Positions 1 to 9,351 of a stretch of 64,000 nt of DNA are shown piece after piece. Source of the stretch: Candidatus Caldarchaeales archaeon (GTDB taxonomy: Archaea > Thermoproteota > Nitrososphaeria_A > Caldarchaeales > Wolframiiraptoraceae); the NCBI GenBank assembly GCA_039630055.1, contig JBCNVN010000002.1, positions 76,836-140,835 on the forward strand, read 5' to 3'. The notes below the pieces were generated by a model that saw only the letters and a program-made list of their open reading frames with translations, ran no database searches and was not told the DNA's origin. Numbering within the stretch: the stretch's first letter is position 1; each line of letters opens with the position of its first letter. The position numbers were made by a program, and so were the translations under genes.

Positions 1-255
1 GAATCACGTGAAATAGTTAGAAACCCTCTACACCCCTACACGCAAGCATTGATAGAATCGGTTCCCGAACCTGATCCATTAAATAGATTTAGAGAGAGGA
101 GAGTTATAGTAGGTGAACCTCCAAGCCCCGTTAATCCACCTAGTGGATGTAGATTTCATCCAAGATGTCAATACAGATTTGAACCATGTGATAAGAAAAG
201 GCCAGAACTGAAGGAAGTTAAAAAAGGTCATTTCGTAGCTTGCTTCCTATATTAG
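1..255 (+). CDS. oligopeptide/dipeptide ABC transporter ATP-binding protein, C-terminal fragment (5' end outside window)
   Basis: Frame 1 is open from base 1. The translation ESREIVRNPLHPYTQALIESVPEPDP...PPSGCRFHPRCQYRFEPC is the conserved C-terminal region of OppD/OppF-type ATPases. Confidence 0.85.
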   Translation, partial: ESREIVRNPLHPYTQALIESVPEPDPLNRFRERRVIVGEPPSPVNPPSGCRFHPRCQYRFEPCDKKRPELKEVKKGHFVACFLY

Positions 256-351
256 CTAACTACACTGATAGTTAAGGGAGAGCATGTTGAATTAGAGTAT
301 TGGAGGGTTTTTGTGGGAAGGTTTTAATAATCTTGAATCTAACCATTATAC

Positions 352-642
352 ATGGAAGATTATTTTCTTCTATTACTCATCATACCTATAATAGTGTTTT
401 CGACAACTACATTACTATACATATTTCTCTTTGTAAAGACTTGGAAGACATTTGGAGAGGATAGTAACGGGAGATGGCTTAGCCAGCCGATATTAGACCA
501 GAAAGGATTGGAAAGATTGAGAGAGAATCTTAGAAGTAGAAAAGATATAGAGAATGTACAGAGTTTGATAGAGAAGTTGAGAACTTTGAGAAAAGAAGTG
601 GAGGAGATTTTAGATGATCTCCGAAGAAGTAAGGAGAGCTAG
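352..642 (+). CDS. hypothetical small protein with an N-terminal TM helix and a charged helical tail
   Basis: 96-codon ORF. Hydrophobic LLLLIIPIIVFSTTTLLYIFLF segment followed by an E/K/R-rich tail. The 3' end overlaps the rpiA start by 29 nt. No family recognised. Confidence 0.35.
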   Translation: MEDYFLLLLIIPIIVFSTTTLLYIFLFVKTWKTFGEDSNGRWLSQPILDQKGLERLRENLRSRKDIENVQSLIEKLRTLRKEVEEILDDLRRSKES

Positions 643-1333
643 AGAAGCCGCCATCTCAAGAGCTTTAAGATATATTGAGGACGGCATGGTAATAGGATTT
701 GGAACAGGGTCAACGATGGCACAAGCGATCGGTTATATAAGAAAGAAGGTTCAAGAAGAGGAGATGAAACTCTTCTTCATCCCAACATCTCTCCAGTCTA
801 GACAGCTGATATTAGAGAATCATCTAAAGATCGTTAGCCTCTATGAGTATCCTGAACCAGATTTAATGATAGATAGTTTTGACCAATCCGATAGAGAGGG
901 GAATGTTATAAAGGGTGGCGGTGGCGCAATGTTAATGGAGAAGATTATTGCACAAACATCTAGAAGAGTAGTCTTTATCGGAGATTACCTAAAACTAACA
1001 GATAAGTTGAAGATGCCGGTACCCGTAGAGATATTGGAAGATGCTTACCCTCATGTTAAAAGAGTTTTGGAGAAGGCGGATCTTAAGCTTAAGCTGAGAG
1101 AATCGACTGGCAAGATGGGGCCTGTGATAAGTGATAAAGGAAATATTTTAGGAGATGTTGATGCAGGAGTAATTGAAGATCCAGATAGATTAGATAGATT
1201 TTTAAGATCTATAGCTGGACTGATTGAGACAGGCTTGTTCCCGAAACTATCCGACAAGATCATAATTGGAAGAATGGATGGAGAAGTGGATGAGATAGAT
1301 GTCCAGAAGAGAAGGCTAATATACGATTCTTAA
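614..1333 (+). CDS. rpiA: ribose-5-phosphate isomerase A
   Basis: 239 aa. GFGTGSTMAQAI and KGGGGAMLMEK motifs are characteristic of RpiA. Confidence 0.85.
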   Translation: MISEEVRRAREAAISRALRYIEDGMVIGFGTGSTMAQAIGYIRKKVQEEEMKLFFIPTSLQSRQLILENHLKIVSLYEYPEPDLMIDSFDQSDREGNVIKGGGGAMLMEKIIAQTSRRVVFIGDYLKLTDKLKMPVPVEILEDAYPHVKRVLEKADLKLKLRESTGKMGPVISDKGNILGDVDAGVIEDPDRLDRFLRSIAGLIETGLFPKLSDKIIIGRMDGEVDEIDVQKRRLIYDS

Positions 1334-1458
1334 ATTTAGATTCAAAAATTTGAACATTTTAATCTATATGAATTCGGTAGATTAACATGAACCTTTATCA
1401 TGAAAAGCTATATACTGCTTGACCAATTTATCAGCAGAGAACACAATACCATGAAGGG

Positions 1459-1468
1459 TTAAAAATTA
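1459..1468 (+). promoter_or_regulatory. TATA-like box upstream of the tRNA gene
   Basis: TTAAAAATTA lies 24-33 nt upstream of the tRNA 5' end (1492), the usual archaeal TATA distance. Confidence 0.4.
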
Positions 1469-1491
1469 AGGTGTACGCTAGAGTTACGTGT

Positions 1492-1585
1492 GCCGGGGTA
1501 ACTTAGCCTGGTTAGAGTGCGAGGCTCATAATCCATAGGTTTGGATGCAACCTCGAAGTCGAGGGTTCAAATCCCTCCCCCGGCA
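1492..1585 (+). tRNA. tRNA with CAU anticodon (elongator Met or Ile2) carrying a 19-nt intron
   Basis: Acceptor stem GCCGGGG/CCCCGGC. T arm GAGGG-TTCAAAT-CCCTC. Anticodon stem CGAGG/CCTCG with loop CTCATAA (CAT at 1527-1529). A 19-nt insertion (1532-1550, equivalently 1531-1549) sits directly 3' of position 37, the canonical archaeal intron site. The intron ATG (1545-1547) can pair with the anticodon. Discriminator A at 1585; no encoded CCA. The segment is GC-rich against AT-rich flanks. Confidence 0.9.
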
Positions 1586-2043
1586 TATTAAATAGTTGTT
1601 AGAGACCTCATAATTTTACATCTGCCATCAGAATCATCCAATATTTCTCATCGAGTATATCTAAAATATCTACGAGATCTTTCGTGAGTTTTAGATTTTA
1701 CGAGGTCGAGGCGATTGAGAATGTTAAGGATCGTTCTCATATGATCTCAAGAGAAATAAACATGACTATCTTCTTTATTGTTTTAAAGAAGTTATTGGAA
1801 GATGTGATAAAGTGGTATACGGTCTACAATCTTCTCTAAGATCCGGCTACATTATGGAAGTTTTTACCTAAAATCGAAAGGCATAGGATCTATTAAAATA
1901 GAGATTCAGAGATTCCTCATCATATTACTACCTCAACATTATATAATAGCAAGAGGATTTGCTGTTAACTGACTAGACTCTTTTATCTTTATGTCAGTTT
2001 AATACTTAAATCTGTCATCAAAAATATCTATTCAGAGAAATTT

Positions 2044-3822
2044 ATGGAGAAAGTTTATAATCCATCATATAAGAGGAAAGGTAATAAGATCAATATCGTG
2101 TTTTGTGGTTCAAATTTTGTAGGATATACTGGAGAACCACTCTCCATATCACTTTACTCACAAGGGGTTAAAGCTTTAGGTAAAAGTAAGAGGCTCTATA
2201 GATGGAGAGGTTTCTATAGTTTAAGCCCTCAAGATAGGATTATCTTGGTAAACTTTGGGGGAGAGTATGTAGATCCATCAGTGGTTCTCTGCAGAGAGGG
2301 ACAACATGTATACTCAAATCTGAAAACACCCTTACTCGTAAAGATAACTTCCCACTTTCTAGATGGATTCTTACAGCATAGAAAGCTTATAAAGAATAAG
2401 TTCGTATGGAAGCAAGCTATCCAAATGATAAAAAAATTTTCAAACGATCCTGATGTTAAAGATTTTACAGCTGTTAAAAGAGGGAAGATCATAAATGTTG
2501 AGTCTGATGTCGTGGTTGTTGGTGGAGGTTTGGCAGGATTAACTGCAGCTGACACTACGAGTAAGTTTGGTTTAAGAGTGGTATTGGTGGATGATTCTAG
2601 AGAGTTGGGAGGTAGAATGAGGTACGACTTTACCGATCCTCCAGGGGTAGACTTATCTAGAGGGTCTCTACTGGAGAGGCTCTTGAATAATATCGGTATT
2701 AGGGGTGTAAGGATATTAACAAAAACGATCTTTGCAGGTTTCTTCGAAGACCATGCTATAGCCTATTCCGAGGAAGAGAATATTCTCTACATACTTAAAG
2801 CGAAAGCATACATTCTAGCAACTGGAAAAGTAGATCTCCCATGTATTTTTAGAGGCAATGATCTTCCAGGAGTCATATCAGGTTCCACGGCACTAGAGAT
2901 GATGAATTGGTATGGTGTTAAACCTGGAAGGAGTGGAGTTATCTTAGGCGCATCTGATTATAGTTTAAGAATAGCTCAACAATTGAAGCGTTTAGATATA
3001 GACTTGACGATATTAGACTCTTCAAAGACTTCTAATATCCTTTCCGGTCTAGAGAAGATTGGAGGATATATTCATAATGTCAGAGAGATTAAAGCTTTAG
3101 GTGACAGATCTGTAAAGAAAGTCAAGGTATTTCATGATGGTGGAGTCGATACCATAGACGTAGATTTCATCGTTTGCTCCGCTATCTCAAATCCAGACCT
3201 AAAGATCACAGGTCAACTATATCCCAAGACGATATTCATAGATGGGGTAGGTTTCGTTCCAGTTCACAGTAAACACATGGAAGTAAAGGATGGAGTATTC
3301 ATAGCAGGGGGGTCAACAGGATCACCTTATGGTATTCTACATATTATGGAGGGGGAGATTGCTGGATTGGCTGCAGCTTCTAGGTCTGGTGTAAAAGGAT
3401 TAGAAGAAGAATTATTCCAAAAGGTTGAGGGATATGATAAGAAGCTGTACGAGATGGGAGTTACATGGAAAGAAAAAATCTTCAAGACATTCTATGGGAT
3501 GCCTTTAGAAGATTTTTCTGCAAATCATCTATCTCACATCTTTATAGAGAAGCCTAGTAGAGATGCATTCATATGCTTCTGCGAAGATATAACTACTAAA
3601 GACATAGCAAGGACCGTCTTCGAGAAAGGATATAGAATCTTAGAGCTGGTGAAGAGAAGTTTAGGAATCTGTACAGGTAGGTGTCAAGGAAGATTATGTA
3701 TGGTGAATGCATCTCTCTATATATCCTATTTGACAGATTCAAAGCCGGACGATATCGGTTTAACTAGGATTAGAGCACCAGCCATCTCTATACCTTTATA
3801 CATGCTGGGAGGCGAGGTGTAG
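2044..3822 (+). CDS. FAD/NAD(P)-dependent oxidoreductase, alpha subunit of a two-subunit amino-acid dehydrogenase (SoxA/HcnB/OoxA-like, proline/sarcosine/opine type)
   Basis: Dinucleotide-binding motif VVVVGGGLAGLTAA. C-terminal BFD-like [2Fe-2S] Cys pattern CFCEDIT...CTGRCQGRLC. The N-terminal ~90 aa resemble the small SoxA/HcnA-type domain. Only 2 nt separate it from the DAO-family partner gene. Confidence 0.7.
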   Translation: MEKVYNPSYKRKGNKINIVFCGSNFVGYTGEPLSISLYSQGVKALGKSKRLYRWRGFYSLSPQDRIILVNFGGEYVDPSVVLCREGQHVYSNLKTPLLVKITSHFLDGFLQHRKLIKNKFVWKQAIQMIKKFSNDPDVKDFTAVKRGKIINVESDVVVVGGGLAGLTAADTTSKFGLRVVLVDDSRELGGRMRYDFTDPPGVDLSRGSLLERLLNNIGIRGVRILTKTIFAGFFEDHAIAYSEEENILYILKAKAYILATGKVDLPCIFRGNDLPGVISGSTALEMMNWYGVKPGRSGVILGASDYSLRIAQQLKRLDIDLTILDSSKTSNILSGLEKIGGYIHNVREIKALGDRSVKKVKVFHDGGVDTIDVDFIVCSAISNPDLKITGQLYPKTIFIDGVGFVPVHSKHMEVKDGVFIAGGSTGSPYGILHIMEGEIAGLAAASRSGVKGLEEELFQKVEGYDKKLYEMGVTWKEKIFKTFYGMPLEDFSANHLSHIFIEKPSRDAFICFCEDITTKDIARTVFEKGYRILELVKRSLGICTGRCQGRLCMVNASLYISYLTDSKPDDIGLTRIRAPAISIPLYMLGGEV

Positions 3823-3824
3823 AG

Positions 3825-4961
3825 ATGAAGATCGCTGTAGTAGGTGGAGGAATAAGCGGGCTCTCCATAGCCTACAATCTAGCTTTGAGAAATGCTGGAG
3901 AGATACATGTATATGAAAAGAAGTGGATTACTTATGGATCGAGTACTAGGTCTGGAGCTAGATTCAGAGTACATTTCTGGAGAGAAGAAAATACAAAGTT
4001 TGCGATAGAATCGATTAAAAGGCTTGAGAAACTTGCGTCTAAGATGGCGTGGAATCCCATAATACATAGGGGAGGATATCTATGGTTACTCTCTAATGAA
4101 TCCATGATTGATCAGTTTAAGAACGCCAATAATATGTGGGGTAGAATGGGTGTTCCAGGAATATTCCTAGATCCTGGAGAGCTTAGAGAAAGGTATCCCT
4201 ATATCATGGTCGACGATATACTGTCTGCATTCTACGGTCCTCAGAATGGAAGCTATCATCACGATTACGTCTGCTTTGGATATCATTCTCTCGCTAAGTC
4301 TCTGGGAGTACAATTTCATGAGATGACATCTGTAGATGAAGTATTAGTTGTAGGAAATAGAGTAAGTCAGATAAAGACTGATAAAGGATTAACAAACATA
4401 GATGTAGTGGTACTAGCTACAGAGGCTTGGACGAATATTCTACTCGATAAACTTGGAATATCACTACCTACCGAGCCTTTGAGAAAAGAGGTCTGCCTCA
4501 CCGAGCCATACCGTCATTTTATAGATCCCCTAATCATAGATACGGAATCCTCTGCATATGTTGGACAGACTCTTAAGGGAGAGATCCTGGGATCTATAGA
4601 TTACCCTACTCAGAGAGGTTTACTAGATATTAATGTGAGGTTTGAGCTGATGTCTGCATGGGCTAGAGCGATATCGAAGAGGATACCTATTCTAAGAAAT
4701 TGTAGGATTATGAGGACTTGGGCAGGATACTATATGATGTCACTTGATGAGAGCCACATTATGGGTAGAGACCCTGAATGGCCTGAGGGACTATTCGTAG
4801 CATATGGATACAGTGGACATGGATTTATGATGGCTCCACTTGTCGGAGAACTGTTAGCAGAAAACATACTGACTGGGAGAATAGATGATCTTATGAGACC
4901 CTTTCTACCGACAAGATTCAAAGAGAACAAGCTAATAAAAGAGAGAATGGTAATAGGATAA
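3825..4961 (+). CDS. FAD-dependent oxidoreductase, DAO family (sarcosine oxidase beta / L-proline dehydrogenase beta-like)
   Basis: N-terminal MKIAVVGGGISGLSIAY Rossmann motif and C-terminal GYSGHGFMMAP. 378 aa, immediately downstream of the alpha-like subunit. Confidence 0.75.
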   Translation: MKIAVVGGGISGLSIAYNLALRNAGEIHVYEKKWITYGSSTRSGARFRVHFWREENTKFAIESIKRLEKLASKMAWNPIIHRGGYLWLLSNESMIDQFKNANNMWGRMGVPGIFLDPGELRERYPYIMVDDILSAFYGPQNGSYHHDYVCFGYHSLAKSLGVQFHEMTSVDEVLVVGNRVSQIKTDKGLTNIDVVVLATEAWTNILLDKLGISLPTEPLRKEVCLTEPYRHFIDPLIIDTESSAYVGQTLKGEILGSIDYPTQRGLLDINVRFELMSAWARAISKRIPILRNCRIMRTWAGYYMMSLDESHIMGRDPEWPEGLFVAYGYSGHGFMMAPLVGELLAENILTGRIDDLMRPFLPTRFKENKLIKERMVIG

Positions 4962-5009
4962 GAGTATTAGGTTTTCATCATTACCTTCTTAAAACATTGA
5001 GCCAACGTA

Positions 5010-6068
5010 TCACAGTTTTGTCAATCCCAGCCTCTGCATTATATCCATAAGTTTCTCAATAAGCTCATTTACTCTTAAAACCTCTCTTATATTCCAGTAG
5101 ACAAGTTTATCGGAGAGCATCTTCAAGGTTGATACTTCTCTCTTAATCTTTTCTAACTCTTCTTCACTTGCAACGGCTACAACTTTCTGGACGGTGGGAT
5201 CTTGAGAGGCCCTAACTAGATTTAGTATCATCCCATCTATGCTACCCTTAATCTGAACCTCGAATACATACCTTAGCTCTCCTAGATTGCCTATCTTCGC
5301 CGACCATACCAAGTCTACTTTTGCACCGTACGTCAACGGAACCTCCTTAAATGCATCAAAACCTAATCCTCTTCCAATCCTCAGAAGCATATCAACAACT
5401 TCATCATGATCGAATACTTCTTCACCAGCATACTTTTCATCTTCCTCAACAAGCTCTAGAACATAGTATAAGAAGTAGTCTACATCCAGTAGGTCTGGAT
5501 CTGTTAATCGTTCAGGATCTTTTAGGAGCATTACCAGTTCCTTTAAAATATCGATTATCGATACATATTCTTCTCCAGTCAATTTATTCACTCTAAATTT
5601 ATCGATCTGTGTTAATCCAAGTTTCACCAATGCTTCTTTAACTCTCCTATTCCATATACAGTATTCTCTTGGGTTGAAGTAAGAGAGCATCTCCGTCATC
5701 ATAGCTATGCCGATACCTTTAATATTCTTACGGAATTCATCAAACCTCGCAGCTAGATCTCTATCAGAATATAACAGTTCACCCAGATAATGTTTCAATC
5801 GTCCTATTCCTCCAGCACCCTCTATCCAATAATCTACTAAGTATTCTTTTTTAGTCCACCGTGTAAAAGCGTAGAGATTGTTGGCTAGTATAAGAAGACT
5901 GCTTTTATCGAATTTTTCTAAGCCCTCCCTGGAGAGTATCTTCTTAACTTCAGCTTCATGTCTTCTCCTCTCTTCTTCGAATCTTAGACCTTCATCCTTA
6001 TTTCTAAAATCGAGGTAAGCTTTCTTATACCTTAATACATTCTCAACAAAATTTTGAGGTAGGCTCAA
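5010..6068 (-). CDS. hypothetical protein with a helical N-terminal domain and a C-terminal restriction-endonuclease-like (PD-(D/E)xK-type) module
   Basis: 352-aa ORF. C-terminal pattern HDEVVDMLLRIGRGLGFDAF...VDLVWSAKIG...YVFEVQIKGSIDGMILNL resembles nuclease-fold modules (acidic residue in a beta strand, then E-x-Q-x-K). The N-terminal part contains GIGIAMMTEMLSYFNPREYCIWN, which resembles helix-hairpin-helix-like DNA-binding regions. Family not identified. Confidence 0.55.
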   Translation of the reverse strand: MSLPQNFVENVLRYKKAYLDFRNKDEGLRFEEERRRHEAEVKKILSREGLEKFDKSSLLILANNLYAFTRWTKKEYLVDYWIEGAGGIGRLKHYLGELLYSDRDLAARFDEFRKNIKGIGIAMMTEMLSYFNPREYCIWNRRVKEALVKLGLTQIDKFRVNKLTGEEYVSIIDILKELVMLLKDPERLTDPDLLDVDYFLYYVLELVEEDEKYAGEEVFDHDEVVDMLLRIGRGLGFDAFKEVPLTYGAKVDLVWSAKIGNLGELRYVFEVQIKGSIDGMILNLVRASQDPTVQKVVAVASEEELEKIKREVSTLKMLSDKLVYWNIREVLRVNELIEKLMDIMQRLGLTKL

Positions 6069-6118
6069 ACAAACACCAAAAGAATAAACTTTGCTATTTT
6101 ATAAAAATATTTGCTTCT

Positions 6119-7516
6119 TTAAGTTATCAGTGGTGCCTGTATTGCGAGAAGTATAAGTGCTAGTGTCAGAGGTGGAAATGAGGCTAATGCTCCTGCTTTT
6201 ATCCATTCTCTCAAGGTTATATGTGCGAGCCTCTGTTTCTCAACTATCCCTATAGCAACTATGTTAGCTGTACTCCCTATTACGGTCAAGTTTCCAAGAT
6301 AGGTTGAGCCGAAGAGAGCCGCCCACCAGATTGGAGCGATGTTGATTCCCAGAGTCGCCATCTCCTGTAGAACTGCTATCCAAAAAGCAACAGCTAGAAT
6401 ATTGTCCATGATCGCCGACATAAATCCGATGATATATCCAACTATAAAGAGAAATATTGTTGGATCCATCTCTGCTAGCAAGGCGATGTCTTTAGCTAAT
6501 GAAGATGTTACACCTGTTAATTTTAGCGTTCCAACAGATGTGAAGAAGAGTAGGAAGAAGAGTATCGTCCACCAGTCAACCCTTCTCTCTACAAGTTCTC
6601 TCGCTTTAACATTCTCGATCAAGATCGTTACTGCTGCACCAACCATAGGCACTCCTAGGAGCATCGTATTTTTCGGAAGATTTAAAACCATTTCAATCTG
6701 AGTATGGAGGACCAGCCCACCTATAACTCCTAAGAATAGGGCCGCCGCCACAGGATCTATCTTCTTCTGTGAATCTATCTCTAGACCGTTCACAGTCGTT
6801 TTTACAATCATCTGAGTCTTCATCTTCTCTTCAACCTCCTTCAAATACGGCTTAAAGTAAATCATCATCAATCCCACTATCATCATTAATGCACAGATAG
6901 CTATCGGTGTAGACCATCTAAGAAAGTCTGAAAAACCGTATCCTGACTCGAACGCTATCATTACACCTACTGGGTTACCGATTACTGTAGCACTACTACC
7001 TATATTTGTTGCAAAGACCGTCATTAACATGAGTGGAACAAGTGAGACTTCAAGTCTATATGCAAGGTTCACCACTATACCCATCATGAATAATATCGAT
7101 GTAACTTCATCAACCATGGCGGCGAAGACCGCGGAGAGAATCATTAAGAGAATGATCGTCCTATAAGGCTTATCTCCTGAATACTGCATAAGTTTATCGA
7201 CAAGTATCTCGAAGAACCTTCTCTCCTCTAAGAAACCTATAACTATCATCATACAGATGAGGAAAACTACAACGTCTAAGTTAGCGTACTCTACGAAATA
7301 TTTTAAATCTAATAAACCTGCTGCAAATAGTATGGATACACCGCCCAAGGCGAAGGCAAGTCTAAATCTCCAAAACATTATGGCCCCGGCAATTATTGAT
7401 GAGAAAGCGGTTAAAGATAAAGACTGGTTTAGAGTGAACCCTACCATCTGCGAAGAAAAAAGGATGATTACTGGTATCGCTATGTAAGCTATAGTCTTCT
7501 TCATAAGTTCAAACAT
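6119..7516 (-). CDS. anion permease of the ArsB/NhaD/CitMHS superfamily
   Basis: 465 aa and highly hydrophobic with many TM segments. Contains NIGSSATVIGNPVG and GNLTVIGSTANIV repeat-like motifs typical of this permease superfamily. Confidence 0.75.
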   Translation of the reverse strand: MFELMKKTIAYIAIPVIILFSSQMVGFTLNQSLSLTAFSSIIAGAIMFWRFRLAFALGGVSILFAAGLLDLKYFVEYANLDVVVFLICMMIVIGFLEERRFFEILVDKLMQYSGDKPYRTIILLMILSAVFAAMVDEVTSILFMMGIVVNLAYRLEVSLVPLMLMTVFATNIGSSATVIGNPVGVMIAFESGYGFSDFLRWSTPIAICALMMIVGLMMIYFKPYLKEVEEKMKTQMIVKTTVNGLEIDSQKKIDPVAAALFLGVIGGLVLHTQIEMVLNLPKNTMLLGVPMVGAAVTILIENVKARELVERRVDWWTILFFLLFFTSVGTLKLTGVTSSLAKDIALLAEMDPTIFLFIVGYIIGFMSAIMDNILAVAFWIAVLQEMATLGINIAPIWWAALFGSTYLGNLTVIGSTANIVAIGIVEKQRLAHITLREWIKAGALASFPPLTLALILLAIQAPLIT

Positions 7517-7537
7517 TATCGTCTCTCTATTAAATGT

Positions 7538-7783
7538 TTAATCTATCTTCGGCTTTGAGATTATCGTTAACAATCCATCCCTCTCATCAACGTATATCTC
7601 GTGATTAAGTTTTAGGAGTGTTCTGAAGACATTCTCCCATGGAAATTTATCTGGTTTAAGAACTCTTATAATCATGCCACCATACTCTGGTGCACATTCT
7701 CCCGAATCATCTATCAAAAGATCTATCACAATCTCAGGACAACAGATCGTATATTCCTTCCCACTTTTACTCTTAGTCTCCAT
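7538..7783 (-). CDS. hypothetical small protein
   Basis: 81-codon ORF ending 22 nt upstream of the permease gene start on the same strand. No family recognised. Confidence 0.4.
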   Translation of the reverse strand: METKSKSGKEYTICCPEIVIDLLIDDSGECAPEYGGMIIRVLKPDKFPWENVFRTLLKLNHEIYVDERDGLLTIISKPKID

Positions 7784-8113
7784 CCCACCACTATCTCACA
7801 CTATGATGATCTTAAAAGGATTTTCCTGTAAAAAATAAAGAGAATAATTATTATGTTTAAGGTAGAATTCGTGAAACTTACTATAACTTGCCCCGTTTAA
7901 TTAGAAATAACATTGATGGAATGAATAAAAATATGAGATCTTCAAATCTGAACCGTTATACTATATAATAGGTTAGGATGATTCAATACCTCAAGATACC
8001 TCATTCTTCATGTACAGTATTCATCTCTAAATTTTATAAGATGAAAATCATTATAAGTATATTATAATCTGCTTTCTCTTAAGTATGAGAACTTGAAATT
8101 CACCTAGTCTATC

Positions 8114-8851
8114 CTAGCTCTTCTTTTCTCTTATCAAAGGCTCAAGCATCTTATGAAGCTCTTCACTAGAGACTACAGTGTATTTTCTAGTTTTCACCGG
8201 TATAGTTACTAAACGTGCAGTCCATCCTTCTTCCAGTTTGTCTACAGAGTTTACCAAAGCTTTCAAAGCCAATTGCACCGCATCATCTAAACTGATATTC
8301 GAATGATAATTACTTTCTAAATATTCTTTAACTCTATCTGCACCTCTACCGATCGCCCAGGCAGCATACTCTAGAACAAGTCCACTTGGTTCTGTGTAAA
8401 ATACCCTTGGACCAGTCTTATCTACTCCACCGAAGAGTAGAGCTGCCCCGAAGGGTCTAACCCCAGCATGCTGAGTATATAGTTGCATAATATCTCCTAT
8501 ACGTTTGGCCACCGCTTCTACTGTCGGCTCCTCATCATATGAGAGTCTTAGGATTTGAGCATAGACTCTGGCGTTGTCTACGAGGACACGGGCATCTGAA
8601 TTCAGGCCTGCTGATACTGTTCCAATATGCTCGTCTATCTGGAAGAGCTTCCAGGAGAAGTTGGGGTTCTGTAACCTTGTATGCATTCTTTCTTCAACTG
8701 TTAATACTACACCCTCAGAGCATAGAAGTGCTATAGCTGTTGATCCAGATCTGACAGTCTCTAAAGCATATTCGACTTGGTATAGCCTACCCTGAGGAGA
8801 AAAGACCGTTATCGCTCTATCATATGCGCCGGCAATCCCTAACGCAGCCAA
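8114..8851 (-). CDS. psmA: proteasome subunit alpha
   Basis: YDRAITVFSPQGRLYQVEYALE signature near the N-terminus. 245 aa. TTG start preceded by a GGTGGATTAGAGGA Shine-Dalgarno-like sequence. Confidence 0.95.
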   Translation of the reverse strand: MAALGIAGAYDRAITVFSPQGRLYQVEYALETVRSGSTAIALLCSEGVVLTVEERMHTRLQNPNFSWKLFQIDEHIGTVSAGLNSDARVLVDNARVYAQILRLSYDEEPTVEAVAKRIGDIMQLYTQHAGVRPFGAALLFGGVDKTGPRVFYTEPSGLVLEYAAWAIGRGADRVKEYLESNYHSNISLDDAVQLALKALVNSVDKLEEGWTARLVTIPVKTRKYTVVSSEELHKMLEPLIREKKS

Positions 8852-9114
8852 TCCTCTAATCCACCCACTTATACCATTAATCTTTACTTAATAAAATTTA
8901 CTAATTTCTATACGATATGGTCATCATCTAATGTTAATTAGAACCTACTCTAAACACCATCCACAAAGCCCATAAATAATTGGATAATTGAGACATCTAT
9001 CGATAATCTTCTAGAGAGTTATGGTATAGATATAAGTTTGAACATTAGATAATGTGTATGTCTCTTCTGTTAGAAAACAAAATCTAAATATTGGGGTGGA
9101 GACCATATCTTTAG

Positions 9115-9351
9115 ATGGTCTCATGGTTTCTAATAATTGGTCTGCTGATGATATTGTTAGGATTTATAATGGTCCTCTTCTCTAGAATCTTGAAAGATTC
9201 AGATACTAGAAGTGGAGGGATAGTTATAGTAGGACCTTTCCCTATAGTATTTGGAGGGAGAGGATTAAAACCGATACTCATCTTCATGGTTATAACATTA
9301 TTCTTACTAGTTCTAACATTAACACTTGCAGGAGTTTTAGGATATGTATGA
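9115..9351 (+). CDS. small membrane protein, DUF131/TIGR00304-like (copy 1)
   Basis: 78 aa. Two TM helices flank SGGIVIVGPFPIVFGG. It is a paralogue of the next ORF. Confidence 0.6.
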   Translation: MVSWFLIIGLLMILLGFIMVLFSRILKDSDTRSGGIVIVGPFPIVFGGRGLKPILIFMVITLFLLVLTLTLAGVLGYV

